The position numbers were made by a program, and so were the translations under genes. A stretch of DNA of 64,000 bases from NCBI GenBank assembly GCA_934481515.1, contig CAKSPO010000006.1:134-64133 (forward strand), read 5' to 3'. The first letter of the stretch is position 1, and the number at the start of each line of letters is the position of its first letter. This document shows positions 1-9,035 of this stretch, piece after piece. Origin of the DNA: an uncultured Eubacteriales bacterium (GTDB lineage Bacteria > Bacillota > Clostridia > Oscillospirales > CAG-272). The notes below the pieces were generated by a model. That model was not told where the DNA came from. It saw only the letters and a program-made list of their open reading frames with translations, and ran no database searches.

Positions 1-3000
1 AATATCTCCCTCCGTCTCCGGAGCGGTCGGTTCCTGCGAAGTCGTATCCTCCGTCATTCCGTCAAACGGCGTTTCCGCAGGCGTCTCACCCGGAGCTACC
101 ATGGTAATCTCGGAAGGCTCCTCGTTTCCGCGGTTGATCAGTTCCATCGGGATGGCGGCAACCAGCTTCCGGATCAGGCCTTCCTCCACCAACTCGTCGT
201 TGGTCTTATAAGGAACGCGGAAATCTTCCTCGACAAAGTTCTTTTTCTTAGGCAACTGAAGCTGCTCTTCGCAAAGCTTCGTAATCAGCTCCAGCGTATG
301 CTTGAACTTTCTGTCGCCCTTGATCTTCATCAGAACCGGTACGGTTGCGTACTTCTTCTTGGAAGAAACATCGACAAACGCATACTTGCTGTCTGCCAGC
401 TCCTCCGGATTGAGCGCCATGTAGAGATACAGCGTCTTGGTCTTTGCATTGATCTTCGCCACATGGGTTCTGCCCAGATTGAAGGATTCGTAATTCCAGC
501 TGATCCGGTTCTTGATTCCCTTGTAGGAGAGGAGCAGGTTCTTGATCTGGTTGTAATAATCCTGAACATTGCCCTGCGACTGAATCATGCGGGACTGGAA
601 GCTTCTGCGGAATCTGGTAACCAGCTGTACCTCTCCGCGGCGCTCCTGCTCCAGCATATCGTTGTACTTTTCTGCCTCGGCAATGACATCGATGAAGTCC
701 AGCGGCATAGAACCGAATCCGGAGAAGGACTCGTTCTCTTCCTCATTTTCTTCGTTCTCGTCGTCCTCGGCACCCTCTTCGTCGGTTTCGGTCTCCTCGG
801 TAACTTCGGCAACCGTCTCGACAGCAGGCTCTTCAACAGGTTCTTCTGCCGGCTCCTCGACAGACTCTTCTGCGGGTTCTTCTGCAACCGGCAGGAGTCT
901 TGCTGCCAGTTCATCCACCACAGCCGCCTTGACCGCATCTGCCATATCTTCCGTCCAGCTATCCGGAATGTTAGCCTTACCGGCGGCATCCACCGCTTCG
1001 GTAATGGTTGCAATCGTGGTACCTTCCACGGCTTCCGGAACAACGCCGTCTACCGTGACCGCCTCAAATGCTTCCGCAACGGAATCCGCGACCACTGCGC
1101 AAATATCCGGTTCCTCTTCGGCAGCTTCCTCTGCAGGAGCTTCTTCGGTCGTCTCTTCTGCGGGAGCTTCTTCGGTCGTCTCTTCTGCGGGAGCTTCTTC
1201 GGTCGTCTCTTCTGCAGGAGCTTCCTCGGTGACATCCTCTGCCGGAACTTCCTCGGTGACATCCTCTGCGGGAGCTTTTTCGGTCGTCTCTTCTGCGGGA
1301 GCTTCTTCGGTTGTCTCTTCTGCAGGAGCTTCCTCGGTTGTCTCTTCTGCCGGAACTTCTTCGGCAACTTCCTCCGGCAGAACCATCGTTGCCGCCATGG
1401 ACTCTGCCACAATGGCATCCACAACGTCGCGGAAGGATTCCGGCGAAAGCTCTTCTTCGTCTGTAATCAGAGCAACGGCATCGGTTGCATCCGCAGATTC
1501 GTTGAAGTTCTCCGCGATGGTCTCCGCAACAGCAGCGGCAACCAACGTATCGTCTGCTTCGGGTTCTTCCTTTGCGGCTTCTGTGGATTCGGACAGATTT
1601 TCTGCAATCTGATCCGCCAGTTCGTCCGCAGTCGTATCCTCTTCGGCGTTCTCTTCTGCGTTCTCGTCTTCCAGCTGAATCTGAGAAAGCTCGGAAGAGA
1701 GATCCTCCATGGCTTCGCCCACTGCCTGCTCGGTTCCCTCTGCGTCTGCATTTTCTTCTTCGGACGCGGCTTCCACCTCATCGGAAAGATTCTCGGCAAG
1801 CGTATCGATTCCTTCGTTCAGGCAGGCATCAACATCCTCGATCTTGTCTTCCACGGTGACAGGTTCAAATACGGGAAGCTCACCCTCTGTATCAATGACA
1901 AGGACAGGGTTCTTTCCGCTACGCTCCAGACGACGGAGTCTGAGTCCAAGCAGGAACAGGAGAGCAAGAACAGCAACCACCAAAAGAATAATCAGCAGAA
2001 TTCCGGGAATGGTCACCCAGAACGGTGCGTGGTACTTCGGTGCCAAAACCATTGTCAGCTCACCGCGGGCACCAAAGTTATCAATAATATAATGTGTTCC
2101 GTCTTCGCTCAGGCGGATACTGTAGCTGTCCTTCATTGCGCTCATCGTTCCCGTTGCGGCATCGTACACATACAGGTCGGCATCGGTCAGCGGATCGCAA
2201 TTCTTCTCGGAAACAAAAGCAGAGTACACAGGAATGAGCAACTGATACGTTTCGCCCTCTTCGGTTCCCGTCAGCTTGATGGTATACTCTTTATGGACGC
2301 GGAATGCGTGAAGTGCCTTCTTGTTCAGCTCGGTAGGTACGGAAACCTCCAGCTTGACGGAAGGAGCAATTCCGTTCTCACAAAGCAGAATGAACTGGAA
2401 GGAATCATATGCGGAAGAACCTGCGCTCAAATAAGGAGACTTCACAACCATCGTCGCCGTCAGCGTCGAAACTTCATTTCCTTCCGCATCAACAAAGGCA
2501 TAGTTTTCAAAATCGCCGCTGATGCCGGAGGGGAGCTTTGCCTTTACAGTGTAAATTCCGCTTTCGGTAACGCCGTCGCCGACCGTTACCATTCCGTCCG
2601 CCTTGGTGTAGGTGTAAACAATTGCGGAATAAACAGAGGAAGGAATTCCGTTGCCGGAAACCAACAGACGATACGCAATCTTGTTTTCATCCGACGAGGT
2701 CAGCTTGCTTTCCATGATGTAAACCTGATTGCCGAGAGAGACGATGTAATATGCCTTCCGGATCGCAACGCCGCGGCTCAGATCCGATATCCCTGCTGCA
2801 AACGTATAGTTGGCAGCATCGGGGAGCGCTGCAGTCACCACATACGCGGTTTCCTTTTCCCCTCTTTTTACCTGTCCGTAAAGCCCCACGGCAGTTGCAT
2901 CCTCCAGAGAAAGAACACCGGAAGCGCCCGCAATGACAGGACGCAGGTCGTAGGTTCTGCCGGAGGCATCCTTACCGATGACGGAAATTTCGCAAATTTC

Positions 3001-3744
3001 CTTGTCTCCGTAAACGAAAGAATACGCAGGCTTACTCCACGAGACGGAAACGATTTCGATCGGGGTGATCGTTACGTTTACCGGGAGCGCCGGAATCACA
3101 TAGTTGTCAAGGTTGGTACCCGCACCTGCCGTAGCGGTCACGGTAGCGAACTTTTTGAGCGGATTCGATCCGGTTGCACCGGTCATCTCCACATCCAGTT
3201 CGGCACCCGTCACGGTGATGGTCTCACCGGCGGCAACCTTGGAGGTATCCAGCACATAACCGGCAGGAACGCGGACCGTCTCGGTGGTCTTTGCCGGATC
3301 GTACGGAATCGAAACGCTTCCGCCGATCGTCCATGAAAGCCGTGCAGGGACGATTCTTGCCGCCACTTCCATCGGCGCAGGCGCCTGATACTGATCGGCT
3401 TTTTCACCCGTCAGGGTAAACCGAACCGTAATTTTGGTAGCGCTTTGCACATCCTTGCTGTCGAATTCGGCAACAGCAACCAGTGTGACGCCCTCCGCAT
3501 CGGTCTCGGCGGTCACCGCAACAGTGGTTTTACCGTCATACTCTTTGCAGTAGTAGCCGTTTTCCGTCTTTACGACGTTCTCGTCAAACTTCAGGCTCTT
3601 GACGTTTGCAACCGGTCTCGTATTCCCGTTATCTGCCGAGGCAACGATTCCGATGCATCCGACAAGTGCCACAAGGATTGCGAGAACGAACAGCAGTCTG
3701 ACCGGCAGAGTGATGGATCCTGCCCTCATGCGTTGATTTTTCAT
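1..3744 (-). CDS. Large membrane-anchored surface protein whose C-terminus lies beyond the left edge. It has a signal peptide, an Ig/MBG-like ectodomain, one TM helix, an acidic cytoplasmic region with 9-aa repeats and a conserved basic domain.
   Basis: Absent from the ORF track because no stop codon lies in the window. Hand translation of the reverse strand from the ATG at 3744 (MKNQRMRAGSITLPVRLLFVLAILVALVGC...) stays open in one frame to base 1 (1248 codons). TM helix FWVTIPGILLIILLVVAVLALLFLLGL at about 1942-2022. APAEETTEE repeats. The segment at about 175-640 aligns to the 913-aa protein at 53149-55890. Confidence 0.8.
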   Translation of the reverse strand, partial: MKNQRMRAGSITLPVRLLFVLAILVALVGCIGIVASADNGNTRPVANVKSLKFDENVVKTENGYYCKEYDGKTTVAVTAETDAEGVTLVAVAEFDSKDVQSATKITVRFTLTGEKADQYQAPAPMEVAARIVPARLSWTIGGSVSIPYDPAKTTETVRVPAGYVLDTSKVAAGETITVTGAELDVEMTGATGSNPLKKFATVTATAGAGTNLDNYVIPALPVNVTITPIEIVSVSWSKPAYSFVYGDKEICEISVIGKDASGRTYDLRPVIAGASGVLSLEDATAVGLYGQVKRGEKETAYVVTAALPDAANYTFAAGISDLSRGVAIRKAYYIVSLGNQVYIMESKLTSSDENKIAYRLLVSGNGIPSSVYSAIVYTYTKADGMVTVGDGVTESGIYTVKAKLPSGISGDFENYAFVDAEGNEVSTLTATMVVKSPYLSAGSSAYDSFQFILLCENGIAPSVKLEVSVPTELNKKALHAFRVHKEYTIKLTGTEEGETYQLLIPVYSAFVSEKNCDPLTDADLYVYDAATGTMSAMKDSYSIRLSEDGTHYIIDNFGARGELTMVLAPKYHAPFWVTIPGILLIILLVVAVLALLFLLGLRLRRLERSGKNPVLVIDTEGELPVFEPVTVEDKIEDVDACLNEGIDTLAENLSDEVEAASEEENADAEGTEQAVGEAMEDLSSELSQIQLEDENAEENAEEDTTADELADQIAENLSESTEAAKEEPEADDTLVAAAVAETIAENFNESADATDAVALITDEEELSPESFRDVVDAIVAESMAATMVLPEEVAEEVPAEETTEEAPAEETTEEAPAEETTEKAPAEDVTEEVPAEDVTEEAPAEETTEEAPAEETTEEAPAEETTEEAPAEEAAEEEPDICAVVADSVAEAFEAVTVDGVVPEAVEGTTIATITEAVDAAGKANIPDSWTEDMADAVKAAVVDELAARLLPVAEEPAEESVEEPAEEPVEEPAVETVAEVTEETETDEEGAEDDENEENEEENESFSGFGSMPLDFIDVIAEAEKYNDMLEQERRGEVQLVTRFRRSFQSRMIQSQGNVQDYYNQIKNLLLSYKGIKNRISWNYESFNLGRTHVAKINAKTKTLYLYMALNPEELADSKYAFVDVSSKKKYATVPVLMKIKGDRKFKHTLELITKLCEEQLQLPKKKNFVEEDFRVPYKTNDELVEEGLIRKLVAAIPMELINRGNEEPSEITMVAPGETPAETPFDGMTEDTTSQEPTAPETEGDI
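1131..1373. repeat. In-frame 27-nt tandem repeat, about 9 units, encoding an acidic APAEETTEE-type nonapeptide
   Basis: Unit gcgggagcttcttcggtcgtctcttct recurs head to tail with point variants. Reverse-strand translation gives EEAPAEETT / EEVPAEDVT units. Confidence 0.9.
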
Positions 3745-3956
3745 TCCACATCAACCTTTCCTGAAAAATTGGCGGATCCCGCACCCGTTCGAACGAATCC
3801 GGTTACCGCATACTTGTATAGCTTGCTTAATTATATCACAATAAATTTATATTGTCAACACAATTTTTCGTTTTTCCTCTGTTTTTTCCGCAATTATTTC
3901 CCGCCTGCATTTTCCGTTTTTTCATGCCGCTTTTGCCGAAAATTTTGCCGGACGTA

Positions 3957-3985
3957 TTGACAAATCCCGTCCGGTTTGTTATACT
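3957..3985 (+). promoter_or_regulatory. Sigma-70-type promoter for the AbrB-like gene
   Basis: TTGACA (3957-3962), 17-nt spacer, TATACT (3980-3985). Confidence 0.6.
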
Positions 3986-4019
3986 ATTCCTACTTGTATG
4001 ATTTTTGGAGGTCACGGAA

Positions 4020-4265
4020 ATGCCGCGTGGAAAGCAGATACTGGCTCTTCCGAAGGGGAAGCACCTCTTCGGAACCGCCAAGGTTGGCGAAAAAGGACAG
4101 ATTGTCATTCCGAAGGATGCACGGGAACTGTTCGGAATCCGTCCGGGTGATACGCTTCTGATTCTCGGAGATGAGCGCACCGGAATGATTGTCACCCGCC
4201 CGGAACTGATGCACCAGGTTGCCGACCGTGTGTTCCGGACACTGGAGGAAGAGAAAAAAACCTGA
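4020..4265 (+). CDS. AbrB/MazE/SpoVT-family DNA-binding protein
   Basis: GTAKVGEKGQIVIPKDARELFGIRPGDTLLILGDE matches the SpoVT-AbrB swapped-hairpin pattern. GGAGG lies 9 nt upstream of the ATG at 4020, so that start is preferred over the track start at 4005. Confidence 0.8.
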   Translation: MPRGKQILALPKGKHLFGTAKVGEKGQIVIPKDARELFGIRPGDTLLILGDERTGMIVTRPELMHQVADRVFRTLEEEKKT

Positions 4266-4392
4266 CTTTTCGTATACGTCCGTGCGTTTTGCCGATCCAA
4301 GCCCTCCGTATTCTTTTCTTTCCTCCGTTTTTTCTCCGAAAAATCTCCGAAAACAGACAAAATACAACACGCATTTCTGAAAGGATAGTTTC

Positions 4393-5655
4393 ATGAATCA
4401 TTCCGAATCCCAAAAGCTCCGTGACAGATTCCGCACTCCGTGGTTCCGTTTTGGATTTGTTCTCGTTCTTTTGCTGACCGTCGCCGCGTTGGTTCTGGCG
4501 GCAGTCGGTCTGACCGCTTCTCTGCGAAGGAACAATGATACCAAAGACGTGCTGACCGTTCGCTTTGTCCGCGCCCAAACAGCAGAGGAGGAAGGCTATG
4601 ACGAGGACAGTACCCTCTGCCGCGTGGAATACATCAGTGAGGATGAAAAATACCTTTGCTCCGTCACCTACCCCTATGAAAAATGGGAGACGCTGGAGGA
4701 AGGGCATTCCATTGAACGCACCGTTGTGGTTGCTTCCGATGGCGCGTATGCCGTATTTGATCATACGGATTACACGGAATCGGAGCTGACCTCCGCACTC
4801 CAGGAAACAAGAACGCTGGAAAGCAAACCGTTTTTCAATGCCGCCATGGCGATCTTCCTGCTTGCCATCGGCGTCGGCGTCATGACCTTTTTCGGCGGTT
4901 TCTTCACCATGTATGAAAAAATCTGGTTCCTCTCCATCCTGGCGCTTGCCTCTGCCTTTGCGGTGCTGTTTCCCGAAGAGGACGTCAACGGTATCAGCGG
5001 AATTGCCATTATGGGTCTGTATCTGCTGGACACCTTCCTCAACATTCTCTGTGAGCTTCTGATTTCCAAACAGAGCAAATGGAATTTCATTGTCTCCGTT
5101 TTTGTTGAGATTACGGAAATCTTAATCTGCATTCTTCTGGCTTATCGCTTTGCCACGATGGCAACCACACTCTTCTTCTGGCTCCCTGTTGACATCATCA
5201 GCTTTATCAACTGGCACCGCCATCCGGACCGGGAGGAAGAAGAGCTGACCGAGGTACGCACGCTGCGCGGCTGGCAGGAGGTGTTGCTCCTTGCCGGGAT
5301 CGTCCTGTGGACCGTCGGCATCGGCTATCTGCTGAGCGGACTTGACATCAGCACCGATCTGTTCGGCGGCAACAAGGTACTGGAGACCGTGGTTTGCTAT
5401 ATGGATGCCTGCGCCTCGGCAGTCGGCATCGCAAACGGTCTGTTCATTCTTTTCCGTTTCCGGGAGCAATGGATCGCGTGGTACATCTGTGCCGTTCTGG
5501 AAGCTGTCATCAACATCCTTTCCGGGCAATATGTGCTCCTGGTGCTCAAGCTCGGTTATATCACCAATACAACCTACGGCTATATCAAGTGGTCGGGATA
5601 CATCCGCAAGCACGAAAAGAAGAACAAAAAGGTTCCTTCCGCCACACGTGCCTGA
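4393..5655 (+). CDS. pnuC: PnuC-family nicotinamide riboside transporter with a roughly 165-aa N-terminal extension
   Basis: The C-terminal 250 aa carry PnuC hallmarks: LISKQSKWNF, FFWLPVDIISFINW, FREQWIAWYICAVLEAVINI, YGYIKW. The N-terminal part is a TM helix plus a soluble segment that is not part of canonical PnuC. Confidence 0.7.
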   Translation: MNHSESQKLRDRFRTPWFRFGFVLVLLLTVAALVLAAVGLTASLRRNNDTKDVLTVRFVRAQTAEEEGYDEDSTLCRVEYISEDEKYLCSVTYPYEKWETLEEGHSIERTVVVASDGAYAVFDHTDYTESELTSALQETRTLESKPFFNAAMAIFLLAIGVGVMTFFGGFFTMYEKIWFLSILALASAFAVLFPEEDVNGISGIAIMGLYLLDTFLNILCELLISKQSKWNFIVSVFVEITEILICILLAYRFATMATTLFFWLPVDIISFINWHRHPDREEEELTEVRTLRGWQEVLLLAGIVLWTVGIGYLLSGLDISTDLFGGNKVLETVVCYMDACASAVGIANGLFILFRFREQWIAWYICAVLEAVINILSGQYVLLVLKLGYITNTTYGYIKWSGYIRKHEKKNKKVPSATRA

Positions 5656-5784
5656 CCAATCCCCCAAAACACATACAGAGGGGCAGCAAAAAGCTCGATG
5701 CTTTTTGCTGCCCCTTTCCGATGCCGGTCAGGCTTTGAGCATAAATGACGCAATCTTAGACAATTTACCGTGAAGTCCGATGCC

Positions 5785-5829
5785 AAAGGCGGTGTGAAAA
5801 ACTCGTTTTGCGTTTTTCCAGCCGCCTTT
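5785..5829. repeat. Palindromic repeat element, copy A (degenerate), probably a bidirectional terminator between convergent genes
   Basis: aaaggcggtgtgaaaaactcgttttgcgtttttccagccgccttt is homologous to the copies at 24329-24374 and 43267-43311. Confidence 0.75.
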
Positions 5830-5869
5830 CTGGTGAGCATTTCCGCCCTGCGACCGGAATACAAAATCC

Positions 5870-6793
5870 TTACGTTTCTTTCGTTTCCCGTGCGTTTTGC
5901 GCTCTTAACGCTGCCTTCTTTTTCTTCCGGGCACGGCGGATAATCAGGATCGCCGCAACGGCAACCGCGGCAAGGAGCAACAGCACCGGAAGTGCACCGA
6001 CAAACCAGACCGCAAAGTCCTGTGCTCCGTCGGCAAAATTGCTCCATCCGTCACAGAACGACTCCCGCAGACGGCTGAAAAATCCCGGCTGCTCTACAGC
6101 ACTGTACTTCCCTACCTCATTCAGGTACAGCGTGACCGTGGAATAGGAAATCCGATTGTCATAATTCATCTGCAACCGCTGATACACTGCGATTTCCTGC
6201 CGGACTGCGGACAGACGTTCCTCTACCGTCAGCCAGAAGCTGTAGTCCTGTTGTGTATTCAGAGACTCCATAATCTGCAAAAGAGAATCCCGCTCCGCAC
6301 CAAGCTCTTCCAGCCGGGCTTCTATGGAATAGTAGCTGTCGCTGACATCCTCCACAGCGGAAGCGGTTTCCCGGATGTGGAACAGCGTCCCGGCATCCTG
6401 CAGAAAATTTTCCGCCTGCTCTGCGGGAATCCGCAGAGTGTAAGAAGCCCTGCGCGAAGTGACGGTGTTTCCGGTAAGACTGCCGCCGCCATACACCGAA
6501 CTGTTTTCCACATAGCCGCCGACCTTTGCAAGAGACTGCTCCAGCGCGGCAACCGCGGCATCGAAATCCTTGCTTTCCGCACTCACGGTATACGTTTTAA
6601 TGATTTTCCGTTCCGCGTCCGCCGGCGTTATCTCCTTCGCCCCGTTCGGTTTTCCGCCGCTTTCCGCCGCACCGTCCCCGGCAGGAGCACGATCCATTCC
6701 GGCTTCATTGCTCCCCTTTCCACAGGAGATCAGCGCGCAGAACGTCAGCGTCAGACACAGGAACAGCACCAGCCATTTCATTTTGGTTTTCAT
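5870..6793 (-). CDS. DUF4349-family lipoprotein
   Basis: Lipobox LISC. The body follows the DUF4349 layout (YTVSAESKDFDAAVAALEQ..., coiled segment, C-terminal TM LPVLLLLAAVAVAAILII). AAGGAGGG RBS. Confidence 0.8.
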   Translation of the reverse strand: MKTKMKWLVLFLCLTLTFCALISCGKGSNEAGMDRAPAGDGAAESGGKPNGAKEITPADAERKIIKTYTVSAESKDFDAAVAALEQSLAKVGGYVENSSVYGGGSLTGNTVTSRRASYTLRIPAEQAENFLQDAGTLFHIRETASAVEDVSDSYYSIEARLEELGAERDSLLQIMESLNTQQDYSFWLTVEERLSAVRQEIAVYQRLQMNYDNRISYSTVTLYLNEVGKYSAVEQPGFFSRLRESFCDGWSNFADGAQDFAVWFVGALPVLLLLAAVAVAAILIIRRARKKKKAALRAQNARETKET

Positions 6794-6826
6794 ATTCGTT
6801 TCCCTCCTTCATCTTACCGGAATCGG

Positions 6827-8359
6827 TCAGGCGCCCGCCAGCTTCCGGATCAACTCCCGGAACTCCGCACGATCCGGGTATTCTGAGAGATCCAACACAT
6901 CCAGCGCTTCCAGAACGCCTGCAAAGCTTGCTCCTTCCGGCAAATACGTGCTTTCATGCAGGAGCATGCAGGTCTCAATGACCGCGCAAAGGAACTCCTG
7001 ATCCGCATCTGCCGCCCCGCAGACATCCGCGGCACCGATTTCGTACAGCTCCGGAGGAACCGCAGTTTTCTCGCCCGGTCTCTTGTAATTGACGGCAAGC
7101 GTCAGCCACGGCGTCTCCGCTTCTCTTGCCCGCTCGGTCAGCACCAACTCATAGCACACCGTGACCTGATGCCCCGCGCCGACCTCTCCGGCATCCTTTT
7201 TGTCGTCCGTGAAGTCCTCCTCTTTCAGCACCCGGTTCTCATATCCGATCAGCCGATAGGAAGCCACCAGATCGGGATCAAATGTCAGCTGCAGCTTGAC
7301 ATCCTCCGCAACGGTATAAAGAGTTCCCGTCAGGTCGCTGCCGAATACTTTTTCGGCTTCGCTTTCCCCGTCGATATAGTAGTATACTCCGTTCCCGTTA
7401 TCGGCGAGCGTCTCCATATTTGCGTCACGGTAATTTCCGCTTCCGAAGCCCAGCACCGACAGATAAATCTTTTCCTGCCGCTTTCCGGAAATGAACGTTT
7501 TCAGCTCCTCCGCCGAGGAAATCCCGACGTTCAGATCTCCGTCCGATGCCATAATGATTCGGTTGTTCCCGCCTTCAATGAAGTTTTTTTTGGCAGTCTC
7601 ATATGCGCGGCGCAAACCTGCCTCCCCGTTGGTGGAGCCGTATGCCCGGAGCCCGTTGATTTTTTCGAGGATCGTGTCCTGCCGGTCTCCCGTGCAACCG
7701 TCCAGAACCACCTCTTCCTTTCCGGAATAGGTCACAATGGAAATCCGGTCCCGTTCGGTAAGATTCCGGGTCAGCGCAGAGAAAGCCTTCTGGAGCAGAG
7801 GAAGCTTATCCTCTGCCTTCATGGAGCCGGAAACGTCAATCAGAAACACCAGATTGTTTCCCTCCGGGGAAACCGCCTGATCTGCCTGCAGGGTCATGCG
7901 CAAAAGAACAGAGGAATCGCGCCATGGGCAGGTAAAAATCTCTTTCCTCACCGCAAACAGCGTTCCGCCGCCGGGTCCTTCCATTTCATAACGGAAATAA
8001 TTGATAAACTCCTCCGTGCGGAAGGAATCCGCAATTTTCCGGAGAGATGCCGTCCCGTAGCCGCTGTTCACCAGCTTGCGGAAATACGCATAGGATGCGG
8101 TATCCACGTCCGCGGAAATGGTGGAAACCGCGTTCTCCGCCGTTGCAACAAACGGGTTCTCCGAAAACTTCCGATCGGTTGTTTCCCCCGCCGTTCCGCC
8201 CTCCGCTTTGTCCCCGCCCATCGGGTCATACGGTCTTCCCTCATTGTTGCCCGGCTCCGAGTCTTTGCCGCTTGCACCGCAGGAAGCGAAGGACAGCACC
8301 ATCGCAAGAACAAGAAGCACGGAAAGAACCGCTGTCATTTTTCTTCGGTTGGTTTTCAT
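6827..8359 (-). CDS. von Willebrand factor type A (YfbK-like) lipoprotein
   Basis: Start moved to MKTNRRKMTAVLSVLLVLAMVLSFASC (lipobox FASC) at 8359, which has an RBS. VWA MIDAS context LVFLIDVSGSMK. N-terminal FSENPFV...STISADVDTASY is typical of the YfbK family. Confidence 0.8.
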   Translation of the reverse strand: MKTNRRKMTAVLSVLLVLAMVLSFASCGASGKDSEPGNNEGRPYDPMGGDKAEGGTAGETTDRKFSENPFVATAENAVSTISADVDTASYAYFRKLVNSGYGTASLRKIADSFRTEEFINYFRYEMEGPGGGTLFAVRKEIFTCPWRDSSVLLRMTLQADQAVSPEGNNLVFLIDVSGSMKAEDKLPLLQKAFSALTRNLTERDRISIVTYSGKEEVVLDGCTGDRQDTILEKINGLRAYGSTNGEAGLRRAYETAKKNFIEGGNNRIIMASDGDLNVGISSAEELKTFISGKRQEKIYLSVLGFGSGNYRDANMETLADNGNGVYYYIDGESEAEKVFGSDLTGTLYTVAEDVKLQLTFDPDLVASYRLIGYENRVLKEEDFTDDKKDAGEVGAGHQVTVCYELVLTERAREAETPWLTLAVNYKRPGEKTAVPPELYEIGAADVCGAADADQEFLCAVIETCMLLHESTYLPEGASFAGVLEALDVLDLSEYPDRAEFRELIRKLAGA

Positions 8360-8399
8360 AAAAAGCACCTTTCCTTTCAAGAGACCGCCCGGTTTGCGG

Positions 8400-9035
8400 T
8401 CATGGATTTTCCCCGAAAATAGAACACAGAGCCTCCAGAAACGCTTCCGCCGGAATACGCTCCGCCCGGTAATCAAACAGAGTCGCACGTCCGACATTCC
8501 CGGCGGTAAGCGGCAGATACGGAGTGAGCACTTCACCGTCCGCAAGCACCAGCCAGACGCGGAAGGGCTGTTTCTCGCCAGAAAGTCCGGGAACGGAAGC
8601 ACCGCTTTTCTTCAGTGCGTCGCAAAGCGTCCTCACCTCCGTCTCCGTAAAGGAGCGGCTCCGGTAGAAGGTCTCCTCGCCTGCATACTGCCAGACAAGA
8701 TACGCCTCCCCGGTCATGGAAAAACGACCGTCAGAACGAACGGAAAGCGGCGTGCATTGACCGGCATCCAGACTGCGGAGCAGGTTCTCCATCCGAGCGT
8801 CCGTGGCTGCTTCCGGCACAGAGGTTTCTCCGCCCGGCGGGAACAGCCGGGTCAGCATCCATCGGGCGCCGAAGAGGATTCCCACCACGAGAAGAATTCC
8901 CGCGGCGACAGCGGAAAAAGCCACCCGCGGGGTGCGGGAACGGCGGTATTGCAAAGCATCCGTCAGGTACCGGTCGGGAACGGTTCCGATCTCCCGGAAC
9001 AGAATTTCGCTTTTTTCTTCTTTTGTCGGTTTCAT
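8400..9035 (-). CDS. Single-pass membrane protein, putative anti-sigma factor
   Basis: ATGA start/stop overlap with the upstream ECF sigma gene. Short cytoplasmic N-terminus, TM VAFSAVAAGILLVVGILFGA, extracytoplasmic C-domain. No zf-HC2 motif seen. Confidence 0.55.
   Translation of the reverse strand: MKPTKEEKSEILFREIGTVPDRYLTDALQYRRSRTPRVAFSAVAAGILLVVGILFGARWMLTRLFPPGGETSVPEAATDARMENLLRSLDAGQCTPLSVRSDGRFSMTGEAYLVWQYAGEETFYRSRSFTETEVRTLCDALKKSGASVPGLSGEKQPFRVWLVLADGEVLTPYLPLTAGNVGRATLFDYRAERIPAEAFLEALCSIFGENP

Noticed and set aside
298-3336. 1012-aa plus-strand ORF, the longest track entry in this region
   Set aside because: Its translation is low-complexity and Cys/Phe/Arg/Gly-rich (FFGRLFCGSFFGRLFC...) with no start context. 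The opposite strand encodes a coherent signal peptide / TM / domain protein, so this is a shadow ORF of a high-GC gene.
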